Assembly (NCBI GenBank): GCA_041690355.1
Contig: JAWLHK010000004.1
Location: 62,001-126,000 of the forward strand
Reading direction: 5' to 3'
DNA from: a bacterium
GTDB taxonomy: Bacteria > J088 > JAWLBW01
Length of the DNA stretch: 64,000 nt
Each line of letters begins with the position of its first letter. Positions within the stretch are counted from its first letter, which is position 1. Below, piece by piece: positions 29,618 to 39,300 of this stretch. The position numbers and the translations under genes are program-made. A model generated the notes under the pieces. It was not told the origin of the DNA, searched no databases, and saw nothing but the letters and a program-made list of their open reading frames with translations.

Positions 29618-30013
29618 TCAGGGGTCGACGATCACAGCGCCTGCGATCGCGCCTGCCACGATACCCTTCAGCCACCCCGCAATGAACCAGCCCCAAGCCA
29701 GCGAAAGCGGAACCGGCATGTGAATGAACGTCCCGAAGCCTGACGACGTTCCCAGGGCCAGGCCCAGAAACGCCCCGAAGACGAGACCGCCACGCAATGA
29801 CTTCGGCCTCACGAGCAGTGAATACATGCCGATGAAGACGCCAATCAGAACAACCGTCACGGTGTAAATGAGAACTACGTTCATCTGATCGAACGGCCGC
29901 CACAGGCCCGAGTTCGCTTCATAGAGTGGCGCCAGAAAGAAGCGGTGCGCGATCAAGTCGAGCAGCATCCAGGCAACAAGAATTCCGAAAGCAGCCGTGA
30001 GCAGGCGTTTCAT
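29618..30013 (-). CDS. Hypothetical 4-TM membrane protein
   Basis: Hydrophobic ORF with a GGAG RBS; preceded on - by GTTACGT. Confidence 0.7.
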   Translation of the reverse strand: MKRLLTAAFGILVAWMLLDLIAHRFFLAPLYEANSGLWRPFDQMNVVLIYTVTVVLIGVFIGMYSLLVRPKSLRGGLVFGAFLGLALGTSSGFGTFIHMPVPLSLAWGWFIAGWLKGIVAGAIAGAVIVDP

Positions 30014-30442
30014 CAAGGGCCTCTCCTGTGAACGTAACAGGTCGTTCCGCGCGCCGCACCACGCGCGCTACGCGGCGATTCATTGACATCAGTGTTCACG
30101 TCGTCCGCGGGCACCTCAAGGTGGTGCGTGAACCTTTCCGCACCCGGTTCGGCGTTAATCGTGCCGAGACAAAAAGGCCACCTTTCGGGCGGCCTTTCGT
30201 TTGGATAACGCGTTTCCATGGTCCATCTATTGCCGGCGCCTGGTTGAATCGTCAGCCAGATCGATTCCGGCTGCTCCGCCAAGAAGAAGCATCCCCAACA
30301 CTGGGTGTTGGTTGCCATGCTCTACGTGTCAAATCTACGTGGCAATGGTTCTTGAGGTGCCGAGTATCCCGCGAGAGTACGCGCACTGAAAGACCTGGTA
30401 TCCGCTTTCCGGTTTCAGGACGAAAGGGACGGCTCGTGACGG

Positions 30443-30874
30443 TCACGTCTCCGCGGTACTCTGCCCCGCGGTTTTGGCGCGGGGCCAGAAATGCGCCAGG
30501 AGAGCCGCGGTCCATACGGCGCCGATGGCCTGCTTCAACCGGAGATAGGTCGTTCCGGTAAAATAGGCGTTATCGGCGTAGGCGAATGCAACGCCCACGA
30601 CCGAATAGGTAATCAGCAACGCGGAGAGCAGTCGCCGATCTGCCTTGCCGAACCAGGCCCAGACAATGGTTACCGTACCCGCATACAGCGAGAATGCGCC
30701 AATGCGGCGAAAAAGACTCATGCTCAAGTCAGCCGGAACGCTTGGGGCGAGGCTCCAAACGGTTTCCCGACCGTGGGCGAGCCATGGTTCGGGCGAGGCG
30801 AGCAGGAATGCACCCGTCGCAAAGTCAAGCATTCCGATAAGGACGACGACGACCAGTACAAACCGCTCACGCAT
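30443..30874 (-). CDS. Hypothetical 4-TM membrane protein
   Basis: 143 aa; starts 11 nt after the FAD-oxidase stop. Confidence 0.7.
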   Translation of the reverse strand: MRERFVLVVVVLIGMLDFATGAFLLASPEPWLAHGRETVWSLAPSVPADLSMSLFRRIGAFSLYAGTVTIVWAWFGKADRRLLSALLITYSVVGVAFAYADNAYFTGTTYLRLKQAIGAVWTAALLAHFWPRAKTAGQSTAET

Positions 30875-30885
30875 ACAAAACCTTC

Positions 30886-32769
30886 CTACGCTGGACTCTT
30901 CTCTTGGGAAGAAAGGCTTCCCCCGACCGAAAAATGATTCGCCGAGAACAAGCCTTGGGGGTCGAACCGCTGCTTCGTTCGCAGCACGCGCTGGTACACC
31001 TCTTCGCTGTCATAGAAATGGTCGTGCAGCGCGTCGAGGTCGGGGGGAACTCGCTTGGTATCGTTCCGGAAAACATCGAAGGGGTCGAACATGTATCGAG
31101 CGTCACGCTCGGAGAAGAACGCGTCTTTGGAGCCTACGACACGCCGGTCATACTGCGCCACCCACGCATTCAGTCGCTCATGGGCACCTTCAATGTCCGG
31201 GTCGTAGAAATAGTCAGTCATCCACGCGATACCCGAATTGCGGTGCGGCATGGCCGATCGGGTCGTTTCGGCATTGCGCACGACGCTGCTCTCGGAGCCG
31301 CCGAGGTAGCCCCACGCGCAGACAACCACGTTCCCACTCCAGGGCGCGTCCGCCTTCGAGAAAATGCTGTGCGTAAACGGCTCGAAGAGTAAGGCTGATT
31401 CCCGTGCAAATCCCCGTTGGGTGAGATCCGTCTCATAACCGGCCCAATTCCGCTTTATGTAGGGCAAGTCGAATTCCCGGTCGCCTTTGAAAGTAAAGGC
31501 GTCGATGATTTCGGTGACCGGCAGGTGCTTGTCGGGGTTCACAACCTTCATCGACTTCTGAAGCAGGCGTCCGGCAAACCCCTGAGGCAGGTAGGGCAGA
31601 GCCAACTCGTCGAGTTCACGGAAGTAGGCCTTGACGTTCTCCCCGTAATCCTGCGCGTCGCCGCTCAGGTTGTTCCACGAAGCCTGGACGATAATGACCG
31701 GGGCGACAGACGCTTCGAACAGCGGGTTTCTGCCGCCGGAACTTCCAAACGCCTTGCGGAACAGGCGCAGCGATAGGGAAGCGCACGTCGCCGAAAAACG
31801 GTTCGATGTCCGTCGCTCAACCTTGAGGAGCAGCTGCTCCAAAACGGCCGACAGCGTGGTCAGAAGATCGCGAAAGATTTTACCCCACGTCAGGTACTTC
31901 GGCGCGGCGCTCGCCAGGGCGACGTGGAAACAGAAGTCGGCCGGCAGATCGCCACGGTCGTTGATGCGGGCCATATGGCCAAGAAGAGCCTCGATCAGTT
32001 TCGTGCCGTTCTTCCGCGTCCACAGGTACGACTGCATGTAGGCACGGCTCGCCGGAAATTGACGGTCGTGGAGCAACCGCACGGTTACCTCTGTGCAGAC
32101 GCCAAAGTTGCCTGGCCCGCCCCCCAGGACCGAAAACCACAGGTCGTCGTTGTCTGGGTCGGGTGCTGTTGGGTTGGGCCTCCTCACTTCGCGTACGACC
32201 CCGTCGGCTGTGATGATACGAAAGCGTTCGACATAGTCGATAAACAAACCGAACGAGCGCGATTGCATTGCGTAGCCGCCCGTATGCAAGTGACCGCCGA
32301 CACCAACCGTGGCGCAGTTCCCGTGCGCGAAAAAGTAGCCCTTCGTGGCGAGTCCTTTATAGTTGGACTGCATGTTCCGTTCGACTTGCCCCAGGCGCCA
32401 TCCAGTTCCGAAGGTGAGCTGCTGCGCCTTTTCGTCAAAGCGCCAGACCTTGCAGGCCGCGCACCGGGTGGTGTCAAGCTGGATGTTATTGCCGCCGGTC
32501 GAAGAACCGCCGTGGTAGGCGTGACCGCCCGATCGCACGGCGACGGAGACCCCCGCGTCGCGCGCATAGCGGATAACCGCAACGATATCCGCTTCCGTCG
32601 CCGGATAGATAACGTATGCCGGCTGCATCTGCCGCATATCCGGCGCCGACGAAGTCGCGTACTGGCGCATCGCGCGGGCGTACCCGCTGTCGGGATCGAT
32701 GGGCCCCTCGGGGCGCTCGTATACTTCGGCCTCGGGAGAGAGGACCGGAAAAGGCGTGGATAAACTCAT
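30886..32769 (-). CDS. FAD-binding oxidoreductase (VAO/berberine-bridge-enzyme-like)
   Basis: Start MSLSTPF (ATGA overlap); RSGGH, GNCATVGVGGH, GGGPGNFGVCT, KQRFDPQGLF. Confidence 0.85.
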   Translation of the reverse strand: MSLSTPFPVLSPEAEVYERPEGPIDPDSGYARAMRQYATSSAPDMRQMQPAYVIYPATEADIVAVIRYARDAGVSVAVRSGGHAYHGGSSTGGNNIQLDTTRCAACKVWRFDEKAQQLTFGTGWRLGQVERNMQSNYKGLATKGYFFAHGNCATVGVGGHLHTGGYAMQSRSFGLFIDYVERFRIITADGVVREVRRPNPTAPDPDNDDLWFSVLGGGPGNFGVCTEVTVRLLHDRQFPASRAYMQSYLWTRKNGTKLIEALLGHMARINDRGDLPADFCFHVALASAAPKYLTWGKIFRDLLTTLSAVLEQLLLKVERRTSNRFSATCASLSLRLFRKAFGSSGGRNPLFEASVAPVIIVQASWNNLSGDAQDYGENVKAYFRELDELALPYLPQGFAGRLLQKSMKVVNPDKHLPVTEIIDAFTFKGDREFDLPYIKRNWAGYETDLTQRGFARESALLFEPFTHSIFSKADAPWSGNVVVCAWGYLGGSESSVVRNAETTRSAMPHRNSGIAWMTDYFYDPDIEGAHERLNAWVAQYDRRVVGSKDAFFSERDARYMFDPFDVFRNDTKRVPPDLDALHDHFYDSEEVYQRVLRTKQRFDPQGLFSANHFSVGGSLSSQEKSPA

Positions 32770-33734
32770 TTCTCGACTCTGAAAAATGAGCCGCCACCCG
32801 TGCCGATATAGTCGATGGCCGGCTCGCCGCTCGCCAGAGCACGCTTGACGAGGGCGTCGTACGGCGCATACCGCTCGGGCTTGTACCCGTGCGCCCACAT
32901 CTGCTCGAGAATGCCGATATTGAACAGACGCGGTGCGGCCCACCACTCGTCGATGGTGCCGTAGACGCTCTGCAGCGCCGTGCGCACGGCGTTTACGACC
33001 ATCCGCAGCGGCGGATTACGATTGCCGGACGGTCCCAGAATGAACTCGGGAACCGACTGCCACTTGCCCGTGCCGGTGACACGCGGCGGAAGCTTGGGCT
33101 CGGGGCCGTGCGAAAGCGCCTGCAGGAACGAGAACACGCCCATCCATAAGAAGGGGTTGTAAGCGAGCGGCATCGGGTCATACCAGGGACGCGCAGCCGC
33201 GTCGGGGTAGGCGAACGTCTGATCATAGGCGGCGGCGCCGGCGTACAGGATGGTCATGAGGACAGCCATGACCAGGCCCCATGCGTAAAACCGCCACTTA
33301 ACGCCGAGAGCTACATACCAGGCGGTGAGCACGGCGGCAAGGATGAGCCCTGCGTTGAACCCGGCGAAGGAGAACTGCATGAGCGCAACGATCATCATGA
33401 ACACATTTGGCGGCATGCAGGTCTGGTGCCCGAAGCGCGCCGTCCTGGTGGTGTGGAAAATATCATAGAGATAGGCCTGGTAATCCAGGTTCATGAAAGT
33501 CGTGTGCGCATACGGCGCCACGGCGAAGACATGCCATGCGCGCGCCAAGAGGTTTCCGCGGCCGTCTTGCGGCGCGTACAGCCATGTAAACGTCCGCGTC
33601 AGGAACCGCTGTTCGGAACCCGGCGGGACAAATGCCTCGGCCTGATCGATCCCCGGTGCTTTGACGAGGGGAACGGCGGATGCGTGGCTTTTCTCGCCCG
33701 CAGACGGATTGATGGGCGGTTGCACAGTCGACAT
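32766..33734 (-). CDS. Hypothetical His-containing membrane protein (Mpo1/DUF962-like?)
   Basis: Y..FH.T..ARFGHQTCMP and QALSH.PE..PP motifs with several TM helices. Confidence 0.6.
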   Translation of the reverse strand: MSTVQPPINPSAGEKSHASAVPLVKAPGIDQAEAFVPPGSEQRFLTRTFTWLYAPQDGRGNLLARAWHVFAVAPYAHTTFMNLDYQAYLYDIFHTTRTARFGHQTCMPPNVFMMIVALMQFSFAGFNAGLILAAVLTAWYVALGVKWRFYAWGLVMAVLMTILYAGAAAYDQTFAYPDAAARPWYDPMPLAYNPFLWMGVFSFLQALSHGPEPKLPPRVTGTGKWQSVPEFILGPSGNRNPPLRMVVNAVRTALQSVYGTIDEWWAAPRLFNIGILEQMWAHGYKPERYAPYDALVKRALASGEPAIDYIGTGGGSFFRVEK

Positions 33735-33778
33735 TTGGCTTCCTTAGTATTGCGCGCGAAGCGGCAGACGGTAATGAT

Positions 33779-33794
33779 TTAACCATTTGGTCAA
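33779..33794. promoter_or_regulatory. Imperfect palindrome in a divergent promoter region (possible operator)
   Basis: TTAACCATTTGGTCAA between the operon start (33734) and the Rieske remnant start (33830). Confidence 0.45.
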
Positions 33795-33829
33795 ACCGAG
33801 GGCAACCCTTATTTCAAACGGAAACGCCG

Positions 33830-34067
33830 ATGTATAGTCCACACCTGAGCCCGTATCCCACCGGCTGGTATAAGGTCGCCTTCAGCGACGAGTTGACGGC
33901 AGGGAACGTGATAACGGTACCCTTTTGCGGCCAGGATGTCGTGCTCTTTCGTACCGAGCAGGGCACGGCGGCGGCCTTCGACCCAGGGCGACGGTCCTGT
34001 CGGGGCTTACCGGAAATGGGCGCGTCAGTTTTACGCGGATCCGGTCGAAGATCCCCTGCGAGTATGA
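33830..34067 (+). pseudogene. Rieske oxygenase (KshA/Neverland-like) with a large internal deletion
   Basis: N-terminus PYPTGWYKVAFSDEL...FCGQDVVLFRTEQG...AFDP is joined out of frame to C-terminus GDGPVGAYRKWARQFY; no CxH Rieske motifs remain. Confidence 0.75.
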
Positions 34068-34171
34068 TCGTCGGGTAGGCGTACGGAATGAACCTCGGTA
34101 ACTTCGTCGGCAACGGATTCAGCTGATTGCCGCCGAGGAAGGAGGCACTGCCGCTGCACCATCCCTGGGGG

Positions 34172-34263
34172 CTCTAACGGCTGGGCGAGTTGCGGTGGCG
34201 CCAGCCTTCACTTGGTTATACCATGCGCGCCGTTTCGCCATCCGCAAGATCGCCTTGTTAGGC
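34172..34263 (-). other. attC site (orphan)
   Basis: On -: GCCTAAC-AAGGC-GATCTTGC...GCAACTC-GCCCAGCC-GTTAGAG; clearly related to the attC at 43003-43091. Confidence 0.8.
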
Positions 34264-34463
34264 TAGGGGCGAAAACCACGCGCCTGTCGCTTATCAAGCA
34301 CTGACCATACATCTTCCAAGGTGAAGGCCGTCCTGCACGAACGGTCGCTGGGTCGATCTGCCGCCAGGTTCGTCAACTGCACGTATCCAACAACAACACG
34401 ACTGGCGCCAGGAGTGAGCGCCGAGTGCCAGGTGTCGCTTGCAAGGTTGCATCGTCTGAGCAA
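34263..34463 (-). pseudogene. Probable 3' remnant of a cassette gene
   Basis: ORF stop TAG overlaps the R'' box of the orphan attC. Confidence 0.4.
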
Positions 34464-34497
34464 ACCCGTTTTAATGCAAAGAACTTACCGAAGCGGC

Positions 34498-35325
34498 ATG
34501 TTCACTTCACAGGAACAAAAAGAGGCGATCTATCTTCTCTGGGATCGAGTTGCCGATTGCGATCGCGCCGACGCCGACGCGTCCATGACGGTTTTGCTGG
34601 AAGGGGCCTGCGCCCTGCTCTCGGCCGGCAACTGTCGTATCGCCATTACCGTGCGACTACCATTCACGGATCCGAGGGATCCACTGCAAGGCTGGCGATT
34701 CCGGGAGCTGATCCACCTATGGGATCAGAAGTCCCTCGCTGCAGTCTGCATAGAGCACGTCGCCGAAACCGAACAGGGCGTCGCCACGGAAGTGGCGATT
34801 GGCTTGTTTCGCGAAGCGGGCCGGTTTCGCGCCGACTTGCTCCAGGACCTCGCCACTCCGGACTATTTCGATACCCCGGACTTTGCCCGCCACTTCGGAG
34901 GCATCGGCGTCAGCGACGCGCTTTTCGTGACGACCCCTCTCGGCGACGGGGCGGAGGTCGGTGTCACGTTTTATCGAATGCATGGGGAGCCGCCGTTCAC
35001 GCCAACGGAGGGGGAACTGGCCGCAGACATCCTGCGTCCGATGAAGTGGCTCCTACGCCGGTTTGCCCTGAGCTACGGGCTGCTGGCCGCAGGCGCCCCC
35101 ATCACCCCGGCCGAACGGCGTGTTTTACAGCAGCTTCTGACGGGTCGCAGCGAAAAGGACATCGCCGCCGACCTCGGCGTGTCGTATCAAACCGTTCACA
35201 AGCACGTCAAACAGATCTACAAGAAACTGGGTGTGAGCAGCCGTGCCGGTGTCGCCGCGCTTTGGCTCGGAAATGGCGAAGACGGTAGCGACCGTTACCG
35301 CGCGCTCTTGCCCGCCCGTTCGTAG
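34498..35325 (+). CDS. LuxR-family HTH regulator
   Basis: ITPAERRVLQQLLTGRSEKDIAADLGVSYQTVHKHVKQIYKKLGVSSR. Confidence 0.85.
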   Translation: MFTSQEQKEAIYLLWDRVADCDRADADASMTVLLEGACALLSAGNCRIAITVRLPFTDPRDPLQGWRFRELIHLWDQKSLAAVCIEHVAETEQGVATEVAIGLFREAGRFRADLLQDLATPDYFDTPDFARHFGGIGVSDALFVTTPLGDGAEVGVTFYRMHGEPPFTPTEGELAADILRPMKWLLRRFALSYGLLAAGAPITPAERRVLQQLLTGRSEKDIAADLGVSYQTVHKHVKQIYKKLGVSSRAGVAALWLGNGEDGSDRYRALLPARS

Positions 35326-35410
35326 CGACCCGAAACTCGAAGCTCGCCCCACCGCTATCCCGATAACCAGGTTGTGCGTCCAGGATTCGCTTCTGCCTCA
35401 TCGTTCGTAC

Positions 35411-38400
35411 CTACTGCCGTTCGTACGGGCCAAGGTCTACGGTGGTATAGACAATGCGGGGATTCCCGTCCAGGTCGACCGGCAGCCACGAGGCCAACAA
35501 GGCATTGTCACCGTTGTTGAGGGCGGCAGAGCCCGCCTGCAGGCGGAAGTTGCCCCCATTCGGATCGACGAAAAGCGGGTCGCCGTTAGACACGCGTGTA
35601 CAGTTGACGATCTCCGAATAGTAGGTCCAGATGTTTCCGCCCACCTTGCAGCCGGCTTCCATGATCGAATCGATGAAGTACAGCTCGTTCCCCTCAGAGT
35701 CCCAGCCGTTTCCGCCGATGTTATCCCGTTCACTATCCCACGTAGCGGTGTTTCCCCACAGGATCGAATTCTGGAATACAAAGATGTGGTCCACGGGGTT
35801 GAGGTTGAGCCCAATACCGCCGTCGTATCTTGCGGTGTTCCGGGCTACGGTCACATTCGTAAACGTGGGATCGCTGCGGTATACGCGCATGCCCCCGCCA
35901 ACGTCTGCCTGATTGTTGACGACAAGCACGTTGAGCATCGTGACATCCCCAAAATAAATATTGATTCCGCCGCCGTCGCTGTCTGACGTATTGCCGTCGA
36001 ACACAGTGTTCACGATCAACGGAGCACCGGCCGCCAACATGCCGCCGCCCCTCATAGACGCCGAGTTACCGGTGAACGTCACCACATCCAACTGCGGTTC
36101 TGTATTGGAGCCAGTGACCATCCCTCCTCCGTCCGCACCGGATGAGTTATTACTGAAGGTAACGACCCATAGCAACGGATTGGAGCCGATGCCAAGATTA
36201 TATAGTCCCCCCCCGGAACCGGTCGCGGCGTTGGCAAAAAACGTAACACGCGTGAGTTCCGCGTCGCTACCGTCCATGTTGCTCATCCCCCCGCCGGGGC
36301 CGCCCGAAGTGTTCTCGTTGAACTCGACGTCGGTGAGCCTGGCGGCTTCGCTTTGCCCGGAGGCGGTCGTCAAATAGAGCCCTCCGCCATGGGCGCCGGC
36401 GTAGTTGGTTGTAAACGTCGTACCGGAGAGGTACACGGCACCTGAAGCGTACATCCCCCCGCCGTAGGCGGCCGTGTTATCGACGATCTCGAGCGAGAGA
36501 AGCCGTGCTTCGGAATCCGTGAGGAGGAGGCCGCCTCCGCGCCCTTCGTTCGCTGCCCCGTCGGCCTTGCCGCCGGTGATCGTGAAGCCGTCGAGCACAG
36601 CCGTCGAATCGGCGCCGGCTGCCGTGACGACGTGGTAGCTGCGCGACTGCCCGTCGGCCAGGATCCCCGACAAAGTGGTCAAATGGGTATCGGGGTCGCG
36701 TTGGCTTCGATTCGTCTCGGTTCCCTGAAAACCGCCGTAGACCTTGACGCCGCTCTTCAGCGCAAAGCTTGCGAAACGGTCCGTTCCGTCGCTTGGGGTG
36801 TACGTGCCTTCGGCGACCCAGATTTCGTCACCGGGCGTGCTCACCTGCATCGCATCCGCAAGGCTGGCGAAAGCTTCGGACCACGACAGGCCTGTTTCCG
36901 GATCGGCCGATTGATCGGGATCGACAAGGATTACGCGGCTCCCGCTCGTACGCGAATAGACCAGCGCCCGTGCACTCGCCCCGCCCTCAACCGTAGCATA
37001 GACGCGGCCAAGACCGACAATACCCGTCGTCACTTCGGCTTCATGCAAACCGGTGGCGGCCACGCTCACGACGGTCTCCCGATCGCTCACCCAGGAGTCT
37101 ACCGGCACGGGTGCGCGGTACTCGCCCCAGGTCGTAGCGGTCACCGTGGCCGTGCTGCCGCCGTTGGCCAAGCGAAATGCCGATGGCGAAAGCGTAACGC
37201 CCGGATCGACGGTGACCCAGGAGACGGCGCCGCTGAACTGACCCTGCAAGGCCGGTGACATTCGCGTCGTGTCGGTGATTGCCGTGCCCATGCCCTGGCG
37301 AAACGCCCAGGCGGCGGCCAAATCGTCGCGATTGGGGTGGTCATCCAGAACCTCCGTATGGCGCCAGGCATCGAGCGTGCCGGCCGTCAATGCCGTACTC
37401 CAGACGCGTACATCGTCGAGCGCTCCGTCGAAATACTGATTGTCATAGCCGAGACCGATGCGGAAGTCGCGTCCATCGGGAACGGCATGGGGCGCCGCCG
37501 GTGTATCGGACGCCACTTCGACGCCATCGAGAAAGAGGCGCCGCTCGATTCCATCCCAACTCGTGGCGACATGGTGCCAGCCGTCGGTGAGATTCACCTC
37601 AGGCGAAGCGAGCGTCGCCCCCCACCAAGAGGTCGAGAGGCCGGTTGACGTCAGTCGAAAGGCAATCGCTTCGTTCGCCGTGCCATAGTTTCCCCAGGCG
37701 GCGATCCCCAGAAGGCCCATGGTATCCGGGCGTATCCACGCCTCCACCGTGTAGGGCTGCCCATTGGCGGGCATGGAGACTTGGGTCGAAAAGGTCTGGG
37801 TCGGAAACGTAACGTGCCCGGAACTTCCGTCGAACTCGAGGGCGTAGTTGGTGCAGGCAATCCAGGCCCAGGCGGGTCGGCCCTGCAGCACGTCTTCTCC
37901 CCCGTGCACGCGGCAACTGCGGCCTGGAATGCCCGGCTGAGACGCGACGGTCACGGCGTAGGCGCTGCCGTCTTCGATCTCCATCGGAAACTCGTAGGTA
38001 CCGTTGGCGTCGACTTGCAGCTCATCGCTGCCCAGGTTGCGAAGGACGACCGTGCCGGAAGTCAGTCCGGAAACGGTGACGGCAACGGGAAACTCTTCCG
38101 TCACGCAGTGGAGGTGGAGCGTAGCGGCCTTGCCGTCCAGTAAACCGGTCGGCCAATCGAGGGTGCAGGTTTGCAGAGGGGAGGAAGGCTGTGCGACAAC
38201 GTCCACGGCGTAGGTGTGTAGATCCGGCAATGCGGAGGCGAAAATGTGCGTGCCGTTGCCATCGATGGCAAGATCGTCGCTCCCATTGTTCAAGAGGAGA
38301 AGGCCGTCGCCCAACAGCCCGGTCACGACGACTTCGATGGGATACTGGTTCGTGACGCAGTCGACGCGAACGTCCACATCGGCCGAGACGGTTCCCGACG

Positions 38401-38914
38401 TCTCCTCCACCGTACAAGTCTGATTGGGATACACGGGCTGGGCGGCCACGGCGACTTCCCACGTTTCTCCGTACGCCACGGGGGTTGGGAATTGGAACTT
38501 GCCGTCCCCGTCGGCGGTGCGTTCAACGCCGTCTTGGTTCCGCAGGAGCAAGCCGATGCCTTGCAAGCCGGAGACCGTACCGCCAAGGGTAAAGGTTTGC
38601 TTCGTGAATCGAGCCTCGACCTCGCAGTTCTCGTGGACGGGCGCCGTCGTGTAGACGTTGCCGTCGAGCGTACCGTCACACCCCTCGACGAAGTCGACGC
38701 GGTAGCCCTCGTCGGGCGTCACCGTGAATTCTGCGGTTTCGCCGTCCGTCACCCCCAGGCTTGCCGGTCCGACGGAGCCCCCTTGCCCGGCCGTGGCGGT
38801 GACGGTCCACTGAACCGCTCCGTTGCGGCGGGCAGGTTTGTCGTCGGAGGAACAACCAGCGACGAGGATGGCGGCAAGGGAAACCACACGCAGGGAATGA
38901 ATGAGTTTCGGCAT
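35411..38914 (-). CDS. Large surface lipoprotein, paralog of 22867-26400
   Basis: Start MPKLIHS at 38914; LVAGC lipobox; same domain order; ends PRIVYTTVDLGPYERQ. Confidence 0.85.
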   Translation of the reverse strand: MPKLIHSLRVVSLAAILVAGCSSDDKPARRNGAVQWTVTATAGQGGSVGPASLGVTDGETAEFTVTPDEGYRVDFVEGCDGTLDGNVYTTAPVHENCEVEARFTKQTFTLGGTVSGLQGIGLLLRNQDGVERTADGDGKFQFPTPVAYGETWEVAVAAQPVYPNQTCTVEETSGTVSADVDVRVDCVTNQYPIEVVVTGLLGDGLLLLNNGSDDLAIDGNGTHIFASALPDLHTYAVDVVAQPSSPLQTCTLDWPTGLLDGKAATLHLHCVTEEFPVAVTVSGLTSGTVVLRNLGSDELQVDANGTYEFPMEIEDGSAYAVTVASQPGIPGRSCRVHGGEDVLQGRPAWAWIACTNYALEFDGSSGHVTFPTQTFSTQVSMPANGQPYTVEAWIRPDTMGLLGIAAWGNYGTANEAIAFRLTSTGLSTSWWGATLASPEVNLTDGWHHVATSWDGIERRLFLDGVEVASDTPAAPHAVPDGRDFRIGLGYDNQYFDGALDDVRVWSTALTAGTLDAWRHTEVLDDHPNRDDLAAAWAFRQGMGTAITDTTRMSPALQGQFSGAVSWVTVDPGVTLSPSAFRLANGGSTATVTATTWGEYRAPVPVDSWVSDRETVVSVAATGLHEAEVTTGIVGLGRVYATVEGGASARALVYSRTSGSRVILVDPDQSADPETGLSWSEAFASLADAMQVSTPGDEIWVAEGTYTPSDGTDRFASFALKSGVKVYGGFQGTETNRSQRDPDTHLTTLSGILADGQSRSYHVVTAAGADSTAVLDGFTITGGKADGAANEGRGGGLLLTDSEARLLSLEIVDNTAAYGGGMYASGAVYLSGTTFTTNYAGAHGGGLYLTTASGQSEAARLTDVEFNENTSGGPGGGMSNMDGSDAELTRVTFFANAATGSGGGLYNLGIGSNPLLWVVTFSNNSSGADGGGMVTGSNTEPQLDVVTFTGNSASMRGGGMLAAGAPLIVNTVFDGNTSDSDGGGINIYFGDVTMLNVLVVNNQADVGGGMRVYRSDPTFTNVTVARNTARYDGGIGLNLNPVDHIFVFQNSILWGNTATWDSERDNIGGNGWDSEGNELYFIDSIMEAGCKVGGNIWTYYSEIVNCTRVSNGDPLFVDPNGGNFRLQAGSAALNNGDNALLASWLPVDLDGNPRIVYTTVDLGPYERQ

Positions 38915-39145
38915 GTTTTTCCGGCAAGGCGAGGAGGTTCGATGGATCCGTTCGCATTTCCAGCATGCCCACAGGAGAGAGCCAGCGGCTATGAAGAGGG
39001 CTTTGCGGACGGTACGCAAATGTCAACGTCCGCATTTTAGCCGAATCGGCCGATTCTCGCGGGCCCTAAATAGGGGGGGGCGGGGGGGGCAGACTGCCCT
39101 CAATCCATAGTGGACGGCAGTCGAACTGGAGAAGCGCCCGATGAG

Positions 39146-39226
39146 CGGTAACGTTCGCCATAAGCGGCGGGCAAAAGTAGAGCGAAGCGTCGCTTTTGCC
39201 CTTCCGAGTTGATCGCGTTGTTGGGC
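39146..39226 (-). other. attC site of the DUF3224 cassette
   Basis: On -: GCCCAAC-AACGC-GATCAACT...GGGCAAAAG/CTTTTGCCC stem...GCTTATG-GCGAAC-GTTACCG; R'' complements the cassette start GTTGGGC. Confidence 0.85.
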
Positions 39227-39300
39227 GACTTATCCATGAAGCGCTGCCTCCACGATATGCCGAATAACAGGGACCTCATCTTTTATCTTTCAAACAAACG

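Noticed and set aside
33814-34113. 99-aa - strand ORF
   Set aside because: Antisense to the Rieske remnant, which explains the sequence better.
22867-38914. Invertible shufflon between the two inverted surface-protein paralogs
   Set aside because: No long identical DNA repeats or adjacent invertase seen; the similarity is at protein level.
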